Numbered from the stretch's first letter, positions 1 to 14,156 are shown. The stretch is DNA of 38,170 nucleotides from Candidatus Aquidulcis frankliniae (GCA_009925905.1 RFPZ01000001.1:1-38170); one strand, 5' to 3'. The notes: a model not told the origin generated them from the letters alone. Numbers and translations: made by a program.

Positions 1-497
1 GAGAGGCCGGTGAGCGGGTCGCCATCAACCGCGACGAACTGGTCGCCACCAAGAATCCCTGCGGCGCGCGCTGGGGCGCCATCAATGGTTGAGGCAACCG
101 TAAGCAAACAGTCGCTGTTGATTGCAGTGCAGAGTTCTCCAGCTGAGGTGCGCAGGTCAATTACCGCACCAATTCCGGTGAAGCTCCCAGAGAGCCCCTC
201 CTTCATCGCAGCCATCTCCTCTGCGGTCAGGTACTGAGAATATGGATCATCGAGTGAGTCAACGAGTCCCTTGATTGCCCCGTTGACAAGCTCCTCGTCG
301 CTCTTTGGTCCGACATGCTGCTCTTGAATGAGTGTGAGTACTTCATTGAATCGCGCGAGATCGAGGCTGCCGCTTCCCTGCGCGCTGCTGTCGCTGGAGC
401 GCAGCCCAGCGTTGTAGGCGGCGATCGCAATGATGATGGCGAGAAGGAGTCGACCAGCTCGAGTGAAGAGCGGTGTGCCCGCTGGTGTCAGGTTCAT
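1..497 (-). CDS. S41 family C-terminal processing peptidase (Ctp/Prc-like), N-terminal part; 3' end runs off the window
   Basis: Own minus-strand translation from ATG 497-495, with GAAGGAG about 8 nt upstream. It reads MNLTPAGTPLFTRAGRLLLAIIIAIAAYNAG...LVNGAIKGLVDSLDDPYSQYLTAEEMAAMKEGLSGSFTGIGAV...IDGAPARAAGILGGDQFVAVDGDPLTG. This gives a signal-anchor helix, then the DPYSxYL / FxGIG / PDZ 'AGIxxGD' pattern of Ctp proteases. The frame stays open to base 1, so it is absent from the ORF track. Position downstream of ftsEX fits. Confidence 0.7.
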   Translation of the reverse strand, partial: MNLTPAGTPLFTRAGRLLLAIIIAIAAYNAGLRSSDSSAQGSGSLDLARFNEVLTLIQEQHVGPKSDEELVNGAIKGLVDSLDDPYSQYLTAEEMAAMKEGLSGSFTGIGAVIDLRTSAGELCTAINSDCLLTVASTIDGAPARAAGILGGDQFVAVDGDPLTGL

Positions 498-525
498 GGT
501 GGTGCTCCTTCTCTGCGTGTGGCGA

Positions 526-1449
526 CTAGTTCAGTCGCCCTCGCAGAGAGAGTAGCGCGCCAAGCGCCCCGAGGCCGAGCCCCGCGAGGATGACCGAAAT
601 TGAGACCTGCCCCGCGAGGATCGCCGAGGTTTGTACTGGAAGGACACGGAAGAGATTGAGCATGATGGCACCAATGCTGGCACTCAAGATGCCAAAGATG
701 AAGAGCGTTATTAGCGCCCCAGCAGCTCCGATCGCGAGGCCTTCAAGAATAAATGGGAGCCTGACCCAGGTGGCGCTCGCTCCAACAATGCGCATGATTG
801 CGATCTCGTCGCTGCGAGCCAAGATGGCAAGCCGAATTGCGTTTACCACCACCGCGAGCACAGCGAGCGAGAAGCCGACCACGATGATCAGGCCAACGAT
901 GCGCAGCGCACCTGTGATGGCGACGAGACTCTCCGCAAGCGCCCGCCCATCGATGACGCGGCTGATCGAGGCTGCGTCTGGAATGGCGGCGAGGCCGTCG
1001 GCAACCCGTCCGGTATCAGCCGGGTTATCGAGGGAGATCTCGTAACTGGCTGGGAGCGGGTTCACGCCGAGATTCCCAGTGAGGTCTGGCTCGCCGCGCT
1101 CCTTTAGCCGCAGCTTAAACGCGGCAAGAGCTTCGTCGGCACTGACATATGTCGTCTCCTTTACCCCATCTATCGCCTCAATTTGAACCTGAATCGCTCG
1201 GGCATCACTCTCACTGATGGAACTCTTTAAGTAGGCGATGACCTCAACCTTGGAATCGGCATAGGAGAGCGCCGCATCAAGACCGGCGCGAATCACGAGT
1301 ACCGAGGCGAGCACCATCAGCATCAACGTCATCGTTGTGGTCGCGGCGATCGTTGCGAGGCGGTTTCGCGAGAGACCGTTCGCTGCTGCTGACACGCTTA
1401 GCCGAATAAGGCGGCTTCGATGTGATTTGCTCTCTTTCTGCGTGTTCAT
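526..1449 (-). CDS. ftsX: Cell division permease FtsX
   Basis: 307 aa with an N-terminal TM helix, a large extracytoplasmic loop and three C-terminal TM helices (FtsX-like permease layout). The start overlaps the ftsE stop by 1 nt (TGATG). Confidence 0.85.
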   Translation of the reverse strand: MNTQKESKSHRSRLIRLSVSAAANGLSRNRLATIAATTTMTLMLMVLASVLVIRAGLDAALSYADSKVEVIAYLKSSISESDARAIQVQIEAIDGVKETTYVSADEALAAFKLRLKERGEPDLTGNLGVNPLPASYEISLDNPADTGRVADGLAAIPDAASISRVIDGRALAESLVAITGALRIVGLIIVVGFSLAVLAVVVNAIRLAILARSDEIAIMRIVGASATWVRLPFILEGLAIGAAGALITLFIFGILSASIGAIMLNLFRVLPVQTSAILAGQVSISVILAGLGLGALGALLSLRGRLN

Positions 1450-2174
1450 CAGCCGACCCGGTGATACGTAGCATTTGCCTCGTCGCGAATCAGGCGACCG
1501 CCCTCAAGGCCGATCACTCGACGGCGCAGCGTGGTGACGATGTCAGAGTCATGCGTGGCCACAAGCACCGTGACCCCGAGGCGGTTAATGTCCATCAGTA
1601 ACTCCATAATCTCCCAACTGATGAGCGGGTCGAGATTTCCGGTCGGCTCATCTGCGATGAGTAACTCTGGGTCCCCAACAATTGCTCTTGCGATCGCGGT
1701 GCGCTGCTGCTCGCCACCTGAAAGCTCAGACGGATAGCGATCAGCGAGCCGCGACAAGCCAACAATACGAAGCGCGCGTTCTGTAGCACTCGCAACCCGT
1801 TCTGGCGCCGCCCCAGTTACCTCAAGCGCGAAGGCAACGTTCTCGCGCACGGTTCGGCGCGGTAAGAGTCGGAAATCTTGAAAGACCACGCCGATGCGGC
1901 GACGCAGGTTTGGCACCTCTCCACCAGAGAGGCGATGTACTGGGAATCCAGCAACATGGACCTCGCCTGTGGTCGGAAGCACGTCACGAACCAGGAGTCC
2001 GATGAGCGTGGACTTGCCTGCACCTGATGGACCAACGAGGAAGGCGAACTCTCCACGCTGAATGGTGAGACTCACATCCCCAAGGGCGATATGGCCGCTT
2101 GGGTAAGTCACAGAGATTCCCATCAGCTCAACAACCGGTTTTTCCAGTTCGCCCATGTCGACTACATCACTCAT
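1449..2174 (-). CDS. ftsE: Cell division ATP-binding protein FtsE (ABC ATPase)
   Basis: Walker A GPSGAGKST, ABC signature LSGGEQQR, Walker B LLIADEPTGNLD; translationally coupled to ftsX. Confidence 0.9.
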   Translation of the reverse strand: MSDVVDMGELEKPVVELMGISVTYPSGHIALGDVSLTIQRGEFAFLVGPSGAGKSTLIGLLVRDVLPTTGEVHVAGFPVHRLSGGEVPNLRRRIGVVFQDFRLLPRRTVRENVAFALEVTGAAPERVASATERALRIVGLSRLADRYPSELSGGEQQRTAIARAIVGDPELLIADEPTGNLDPLISWEIMELLMDINRLGVTVLVATHDSDIVTTLRRRVIGLEGGRLIRDEANATYHRVG

Positions 2175-2183
2175 GAGTGGATC

Positions 2184-3315
2184 CTACTCCTCATCAATAC
2201 TGCCGCCAGCGAGCGGCGCCCCTGTGGAGACACGCTCGAGTTCAGCGAGGATGAATGCGTCAAAGTCTCCATCAAGCACGCCAGTAGTGTCAGAGGTCTG
2301 GTGGCCGGTGCGGTGGTCTTTCACCATCTGGTATGGGTGCAACACATAGCTACGAATCTGGTTCCCCCACCCTGCCGATACGGTCTCACCACGCACACGA
2401 GCCAGCTCCTCCTCACGGGCGCGAATCTTCAGTTCAATTAGTTTCCCGCGCAACATGCGCTCAGCAGTTTCACGGTTCTGCATTTGTGAGCGCTGGTTTT
2501 GGCTGGAGACCACGGAGTTTGTGGGAAGGTGGGTGAGACGCACTGCTGATTCTGTCTTGTTCACGTGCTGGCCACCGGCGCCACTGGACCGATACGTATC
2601 CACACGAATCTCATCCCAGTTGAGCGTTACCTCAGCGTCGTCTTCAACCTCTGGAATTACTTCAAACATGGCGAAGGTTGTCTGTCGTCGCTTCTGTCCG
2701 TCAAATGGTGAGATGCGCACCAGACGATGGACGCCGCGCTCCGCACGAAGCCATCCGAAAGCATTGCGGCCGCGGATCTCTAAAACGACACTGCGATAGC
2801 CAGCACCCTCACCTTCGGTGGAATCCACAATCTCGGTGGCGAAGCTATGTCGTTCCGCCCAGCGCATGTAGGCGCGCAGCAAGATGGCGGTCCAGTCACA
2901 TGCTTCGGTGCCGCCGGCGCCCGCTTGGATAGTGACGATGGCATCAGCATCGGCGTACTCGCCACTAAAGAGGAGTGAGGTGCGCGCTCTTTCAAAATCG
3001 ACCTCCAGAAGTGCCGCCTTGGCTGCGACCTCGTCCTGCAACCCCTGGTCGCCTTCTGACTCAGCGAGTTCGAAAAGTTCACCGAGGTCGCGAGCCGAGG
3101 TCGTGAGGTCCTTCCAGAGGGTGAGCTCCTCACGGAGGCCCTCCGCTTCGCGAGCAAGGCGCCTTGCGGCGCGCTGGTCATCCCAAAAGCCTGGCGCGAG
3201 CATTGCCGCCTCAATTTCGGCGAGCCGGGCGGCCTTCGCTACGGGGTCAAAGACGCCCCGAGGTTGCCTCGATGCGACCGAGCAGGTCCCGCAGGGAGGT
3301 GGCGTCGACGCTCAC
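2184..3315 (-). CDS. prfB: Peptide chain release factor 2, expressed through a programmed +1 frameshift
   Basis: GGQ motif (SGAGGQHVNKTESAVRLTHLPT) and overall RF2 similarity in ORF 2184..3203. The true N-terminus is frame 0 from GTG 3315 (VSVDATSLRDLLGRIEATSGRL), ending at TGA 3249-3247. A +1 shift at CTT TGA C then reads DPVAKAARLAEIEAAMLAPGFWDD. Confidence 0.9.
3246..3261 (-). promoter_or_regulatory. prfB autoregulatory +1 recoding site (SD-like G-run, CTT slippery codon, in-frame TGA, C)
   Basis: The minus strand reads TCG GGG CGT CTT TGA C. CTT is 3252-3250, TGA is 3249-3247 and C is 3246. This has the same architecture as the E. coli prfB site. Confidence 0.85.
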
Positions 3316-3369
3316 CCTGCAGCCTCACCCAGCCGAACCGCGGCGTCCACGGGGGACTCGCTGCTCACG

Positions 3370-6078
<2,709 letters not shown>

Positions 6079-6091
6079 CGCCGGCGGAGGC

Positions 6092-6325
6092 CTAGCGCCA
6101 GAATCCGGCGGAGTATCCGATCACCAGGATGCCGAAGGTAAGCGCGGCGAGCACAACCCAGAAGAGGGCGCTTACCGGCCTGCTGGTCGGATTCATTTCA
6201 GGATTCTTCATTGGCGCGACGTTCCATCGCGGACTGCGCAGCGTTGCGCGCCAGTCGACGTTCTTCTCGGGAGTGCGAGTGACCATTGCACCGCGCTCAT
6301 CTGGACCATGCAGCTTCAGTGTCAT
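6092..6325 (-). CDS. Hypothetical small membrane protein (77 aa, one C-terminal TM helix)
   Basis: The ORF fills the prs-secA gap. Its ATG overlaps the prs stop (ATGA, 6325-6322) and its stop lies 13 nt before the secA ATG. C-terminal hydrophobic segment [25 protein letters not shown]. No family recognised, and internal Met starts are possible. Confidence 0.4.
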   Translation of the reverse strand: MTLKLHGPDERGAMVTRTPEKNVDWRATLRSPRWNVAPMKNPEMNPTSRPVSALFWVVLAALTFGILVIGYSAGFWR

Positions 6326-7359
6326 CGTCGTGTTCTCGTCTCGCTGGAGGGAGCTGTTGAGACCGGCCCGGTCTGGTGTTCGTCCCAGAAGAGCATCTCT
6401 TCCGCAGTTGCCGACTCTTTACCGAAGAGCGCGCCAACCGACTCACCGAGATGAATGCGGCGGATCGCCTCGCCGAAGAGCGGGGCAGAGGAGAGGCGCT
6501 TGATTTTCGTACTCTTTGCGCCGACTGGTAGCGGAATTGAGTCGGTAACCACCACCTCGCGCACATTGCAGTGTTCAATTCGTTCGATCGCTGGGCCAGA
6601 GAAGACGCCGTGTGTTGCACACGCGGTCACCTCAATCGCGCCGGCCTCCTCAATCGCACGGACAATTTCTGTGAGTGTCCCGGCAGTGTCAATTTCATCG
6701 TCGACGATGACGACGCGCTTCCCCTTCACGTCACCGATGACGTTCAACACTTCAGCATGGTCATCGTTTCCCTCGCGTCGCTTCTCTACGATCGCAAGTG
6801 GCGCGTTGAGCAGCTCGGCAAAGGTGCGCGCTCGCTTTGCGAATCCAAGGTCGGTCACAACGACAAGGTTCTCGGTACCACGCTGTCGCATGTAGTTGGA
6901 AAGGAGATGCACGGCGGTAAGTTCGTCGACAGGAACATTGAAGAAGCCCTGCAGCTGACCTTGGTGTAAGTCAAGGGTGAGGATGCGATTGGCACCGGCA
7001 ACTTGCAGCATGTCGGCGACAAGTCGCGCTGTGATCGGAACGCGCGGCTGATCTTTCTTATCGGAGCGCCCATACCCGTAGTAGGGGATCACGGCGGTGA
7101 TGCGGCCAGCTGACGCGCGCTTGAATGCATCAATCATAATCAGCAGCTCCATGATGGAGGTGCTGACTGGGCGCGACGTCGGCTGCACGATGAAGACATC
7201 TTTCTCGCGGGCGTTGTCGAGAATCTTGACGAAGATGTTCTCATTGGCGAAGGCGAAGACCTCAGCCTTCCCGATTTCGCGTCCGAGGTAGCGTGCGATC
7301 TTTGCAGCAAGTTCGGGGTTGGCGTTCCCCGTGTAGACGTCGATCGAATCTGCCCTCAT
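6322..7359 (-). CDS. prs: Ribose-phosphate pyrophosphokinase (PRPP synthetase)
   Basis: Full-length Prs similarity: IPYYGYGRSDKK, the PRPP-binding loop VVIVDDEIDTAGT, and about 30 extra C-terminal residues. Confidence 0.9.
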   Translation of the reverse strand: MRADSIDVYTGNANPELAAKIARYLGREIGKAEVFAFANENIFVKILDNAREKDVFIVQPTSRPVSTSIMELLIMIDAFKRASAGRITAVIPYYGYGRSDKKDQPRVPITARLVADMLQVAGANRILTLDLHQGQLQGFFNVPVDELTAVHLLSNYMRQRGTENLVVVTDLGFAKRARTFAELLNAPLAIVEKRREGNDDHAEVLNVIGDVKGKRVVIVDDEIDTAGTLTEIVRAIEEAGAIEVTACATHGVFSGPAIERIEHCNVREVVVTDSIPLPVGAKSTKIKRLSSAPLFGEAIRRIHLGESVGALFGKESATAEEMLFWDEHQTGPVSTAPSSETRTRR

Positions 7360-7390
7360 CGCCGTCCTCCGCTCTCTGGACGGGTCACTC

Positions 7391-9860
7391 TTAGCGACCC
7401 GAACGCTTCTTCGGGGCTGGCTTCCCCTTTGCGACCGGCTTCGATGTTGCTGCTGGCTTCCCCTTTGCCGCTGGCTTCGACTTTGTCACCGGCTTCCCCT
7501 TTGAGGGGGTGCCACCCTTGGCGGTTGGGCGTGGTGCCTTCACGACCTTAGGGACTTCCGGAGCCATGCCAGCTTCGTCTTCATTGTCGCTTGTGCTGTT
7601 GCGCTTTGCCAGACCCGTACGGAAGGCGGCGATTCCAGCGACCTTGTCACCTTCGCGCAGGGTCATCACGCGCACGCCCTGAGCACTGCCGTCCTTGCGG
7701 GTGGCGATGCTCTCGAGTTTGGTGCGCACGACCTGACCTTCGGAGCTGATCAAGATCACCTCTTCGTCGGCCTCGCTCACCTGGCGCACGGCCACCACTG
7801 GGCCGGTCTTGCGCCCTTCGAGCGGGATCAGGCGGACGCCTTGGGTGCCGCGGTGCTTGCGGGCGAACGCCCCCACAGGGACGCGCTTGCCATGGCCGGT
7901 CTCCGTCAGGACAAGGAGGTCGGCGCCAGGTTCCGCCACGGCCATGGCAACCACAAGGTCACCCTGGCGGGCGAGTCGGATGCCGATCACGCCACCAGCG
8001 GTGCGGCCCATCGGACGCGCCTCGCGCTCGTGGAAGCGGCAGATGCGCCCCTGACGGGTGGCCATCACGAGGTCATCTTCGCCCGAGGTCTGAATCACCT
8101 GGGCGAGCTCATCGCCCTTATCGAGGGTGATAGCGATGATGCCGGTGGAGCGCACCTTCTCGAACTGCTCAATCGCCGTCTTCTTGATGATGCCTTTCTT
8201 CGTGGAGAAGGCGAGATAGCTCCCAGGCGTGAAGCCATTCAGGATGATCGTAGCCACTGGAGTTTCGCCCGACTCCACCTGCACCCCTGGAAGGTTCACG
8301 ATCGGGATCCCCTTGTTCTGTCGTGAGGCGTCAGGGATCTCGTGCACCTTGGCGCTGAACCCACGACCCTTGTTGGTGAAGAAGAGTGCGTAGTCGTGGG
8401 TGTTGGCAACTTGCAGTGTGGCAACTGCGTCCTCTTCACGTGTCGTCATGCCGATCACGCCCTTGCCACCGCGATGCTGCTGGCGGTAGGTGGTGAGCGG
8501 CTGTCGCTTGATGTAGCCGCGGCCGGAGATGGTGATCACGACGTCCTCGTCGGCAATCAGGTCTTCATCCGACATCTCTCGCGTTGCATCTTGGGCAATC
8601 TTGGTGCGACGTCGGTCGGCGAACTTCTCTTTCAGTTTGGCGAATTCGTCCGAGATGATCTTCGAAATGCGAGCGGGGCGCGCCAAGATGTCTTCAAGCT
8701 CAGCAATGAACTTGATGACCTCAAGGTACTCGTCCTCGATCTTCTTGCGTTCGAGGGCGGCAAGGCGCGCAAGGCGCATGTCGAGAATGGCCTGTGCCTG
8801 CAGCTCGCTGAGCTTGAAGCGTTCCATGAGTTGCGTGCGGGCAACATCAACGTCGGCTGCGGCGCGAATTGTCTTAATGACGGCGTCGAGATTGTCGAGC
8901 GCGATCTTGAGCCCCTCGAGGATGTGGGCGCGCTCACGTGCCTTCTTGAGCTCATATTCGGTGCGACGGCGCACGATGATGCGACGGTGATCAATGTGGT
9001 GCTGCAGTACCGATTTCAGCGAGAGCGTCTGTGGCTGACCATCAACGAGTGCAAGCATGTTCATGCTGAAAGCTGAGCGCAGAGGAGTGAGTTTCAACAG
9101 TTTGTTCAGCACCTTGTGTGGATTTGCATCCTTCTTTACCTCAACGTAGATGCGCATGCCGTCGCGGTCTGACTCATCGCGTAGGTCGGCAATTCCGTCG
9201 AGGCGCTCCTCTTTGACAAGGTCCGCAATCTTCTCGACAAGCGACGACTTGTTCACCTGGTATGGGAGCTCGGTGATGATGATCGCAGTTCGATCACCAC
9301 GCGACGCCTCTTCAAAGTGCGTGGCGCCGTCGACAACGACTCGGCCGCGTCCGTGCGCGTACATCTGTCGCACTGCGTCGATGCGCTCCGTTGCGCCGGT
9401 GAGCGGGTTCTTGATGGTGTCGTAGCGGTAGAGGATTCCGCCCGTTGGGAAGTCTGGCGCATTGACATATTTGCAAAGATCATCAACGGAGAGTTCTGGG
9501 TCAGCGATCAGGGCGATCGCCGCATCGGCGATTTCACCAAGGTTGATCAACGAGCGGATGACGCATGGAGAAGTCCTGTGCAAGCCGCACCAGCGCGTCG
9601 TAGAGCGCGCCGTCGCCGTGTGGATGGTACTTACCCATCACCTCGCCGACGATGGCGGCGCATTTGCGATAGGCAGAACCACCCGAGAGGCCCATCTCGC
9701 CCATGGTGTACAAGATGCGGCGGTGAACCGGCTTGAGGCCGTCACGAACGTCAGGGAGCGCGCGCGCCACGATCACGCTCATTGCGTAATCGAGATAGCT
9801 CGTGCGCATCTCGTCTTCGATGCGAATCGAACGGACGCTCTCTCGTGCCTCGTCGTTCAT
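7391..9860 (-). pseudogene. gyrA: DNA gyrase subunit A, disrupted as assembled: two out-of-frame fragments with about 70 conserved codons missing
   Basis: Fragment 1 (9860..9534) reads MNDEA...[28 protein letters not shown], then QPW-stop. Fragment 2 (ORF 9583..7391) shows GyrA homology from about 9545 onward: [17 protein letters not shown]...PDFPTGG, then the tower, coiled-coil and beta-pinwheel CTD. The segment that lies between LVD and HNLGE in other GyrA proteins (GQGNFGS..AAMRYTE..GIAVGMATNIPP, including the catalytic Tyr) is absent. The two halves are in different frames. Confidence 0.85.
7419..7510 (-). repeat. Imperfect 36-nt tandem repeat (about 2.5 copies) encoding KGKPxxxSKPxA units in the GyrA C-terminal tail
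   Basis: The plus-strand motif GGCTTCCCCTTTG recurs at 7419, 7455 and 7491 (period 36 nt). Copies 1 and 2 are about 27/36 identical by eye. Translation: KGKPVTKSKPAA / KGKPAATSKPVA / KGKPAPKKRSGR. Confidence 0.8.
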
Positions 9861-9874
9861 GTTGCCATCGCCTC

Positions 9875-12720
<2,846 letters not shown>

Positions 12721-12735
12721 GCTCCCCCCTTATTA

Positions 12736-13554
12736 CTAACTGGCGCCTACAGGGGTTCCGCCGAACACCCGGGCATCGAATTCCGCGGCAGCCTGCGCAT
12801 ACGACTCAGCACCCGACGTGCCTGGCGCGTAGCTGCGAATGGCAATTCCGTGACTTGGCGCCTCGGCCAAGCGTACCGAACGCGGCACACGAGCTCGGTA
12901 GACCAAGTCCCCGAAGTGGCTCTCCACCTCGCGCACCACGTCGCTGCCCAGTTTCGTGCGGGGATCAAGCATGGTCAAGAGGAGGCCATTCACCTGCAGG
13001 GGAGGATTGAGACGCTCGCGCACGAGGCGAATGGTGGCCATTAGTTGCGAGAGCCCCTCGAGGGCGTAGTACTCGCACTGCACGGGAACGAGCACGCCAT
13101 CGGCAACCGCGAGGGCGCTCACGGTGACGAGGCCGAGCGATGGCGGGGTGTCGACGAGGACCACTTCGGCATCACCAGCCGTGCGGAGGCCAACGGCAAG
13201 TTGGCGCTCGCCACTCTCGTCCCCTGTGGCGAGCTCAACGTCGATGCCAGCGAGGTCTGCCGAACCAGGGATGAGTGAGAGATTCGGGATGGAGGTTGGC
13301 TGGGCTAGCTCAACGGCCAGCCGGCGCCCAACCAGGAGGTCGTAGGCCGTTGGCGCACCCTCAGGAAGGGTGAATCCGAGGCCGCTGGTGAGATTTCGTT
13401 GTGGGTCGAGGTCAACGACGAGCACTCGACGCCCTGCGTGGGCGAGTTCGGCGGCGAGGTTAAGCACCGTTGTGGTCTTGCCGACCCCACCCTTCTGGTT
13501 CGCACACACGATGATTGGCGCGTGGGATCCGGCAGGGTGCTGGGTGGTATTCAC
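12736..13554 (-). CDS. parA: Chromosome partitioning ATPase ParA/Soj
   Basis: Deviant Walker A NQKGGVGKTTT; full-length ParA similarity; GTG start at 13554. Confidence 0.9.
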   Translation of the reverse strand: MNTTQHPAGSHAPIIVCANQKGGVGKTTTVLNLAAELAHAGRRVLVVDLDPQRNLTSGLGFTLPEGAPTAYDLLVGRRLAVELAQPTSIPNLSLIPGSADLAGIDVELATGDESGERQLAVGLRTAGDAEVVLVDTPPSLGLVTVSALAVADGVLVPVQCEYYALEGLSQLMATIRLVRERLNPPLQVNGLLLTMLDPRTKLGSDVVREVESHFGDLVYRARVPRSVRLAEAPSHGIAIRSYAPGTSGAESYAQAAAEFDARVFGGTPVGAS

Positions 13555-13599
13555 GCCCGTATCGTAGCAGGAGGGGGCTACGGAGGGGTTCTGGGGCCG

Positions 13600-13615
13600 T
13601 GTTTCACGTGGAACA
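13600..13615. promoter_or_regulatory. parS centromere-like ParB binding site
   Basis: TGTTTCACGTGGAACA is the exact reverse complement of the B. subtilis-type parS consensus TGTTCCACGTGAAACA. It lies 46 nt upstream of the parA start. Confidence 0.85.
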
Positions 13616-13667
13616 CCTGCTCAGCGGCGGAGGTGCGCCAAGACGCCTGCGGGAGTATCCTCAGCGC

Positions 13668-14147
13668 ATGACCAGACGAATAGGCTACGTGCTTGGAATC
13701 GTGCTCGCCGCCCTTATCCAGGTGCGCCTACTACCCGAGCTCGGCCTTGAACGTCTGGTGAACCTGCCAGTCGTTCTTCTAATTGTTACAGCCTCCATCG
13801 AACGCCGCACACTCGTCCTCATTGCGGCAACAACGGCAGGCCTTGTTATTGATACGACACTGCTCCGCCCACTTGGGTTCTCGAGCCTCGCAATGGTGGT
13901 TGGCGTGGTGGTCGCCAGTCAGGTCCGTGGCCCTGGAAACACCGTGCTCGCGCGGCGCACTGTGGCGCTTGGGCTCGGGCTTTTTGCGAGCAACGCCACG
14001 GTATTTATTCTCAGTGGCGGGGAGGGCGGCCAGCTCGGCGAAGGCGTAGCTGCCCTCGTGGCGAACCTCCTTGTCGGCATTGCCTTGGCGTGGGTTGGCC
14101 TCCGGCGGCGCAGTCGGTACCAATTCGACCCATCACTCCGCGGATAG
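13668..14147 (+). CDS. mreD: Rod shape-determining protein MreD-like (polytopic membrane protein)
   Basis: About 159 aa, several TM helices, and a central GLVIDTTLLRPLG motif resembling the MreD GLxxD...LG. It sits immediately upstream of mrdA-rodA. I chose ATG 13668 rather than the track start 13515, which overlaps parA. GTG 13598 is an alternative start. Confidence 0.55.
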   Translation: MTRRIGYVLGIVLAALIQVRLLPELGLERLVNLPVVLLIVTASIERRTLVLIAATTAGLVIDTTLLRPLGFSSLAMVVGVVVASQVRGPGNTVLARRTVALGLGLFASNATVFILSGGEGGQLGEGVAALVANLLVGIALAWVGLRRRSRYQFDPSLRG

Positions 14148-14156
14148 GATAGTAAT

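Noticed and set aside
7419-7510. Direct repeats that might suggest a CRISPR array or a regulatory repeat.
   Set aside because: The period is 36 nt with no unique spacers. The repeats lie entirely inside the gyrA reading frame and translate to a 12-aa KGKP repeat, so this is a coding low-complexity repeat.
9534-9583. Intein, intron or programmed frameshift as an explanation for the split gyrA.
   Set aside because: Inteins and introns add sequence, whereas here conserved sequence is missing. No slippery motif or recoding signal is present, and a frameshift alone could not restore the absent catalytic-Tyr segment.
13555-13667. Possible oriC in the parA/mreD intergenic gap.
   Set aside because: The gap is only 113 nt and GC-rich. 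It has one weak 7/9 DnaA-box-like match, no box cluster and no AT-rich unwinding element, and no adjacent dnaA or dnaN. I kept it only as a strand-switch observation.
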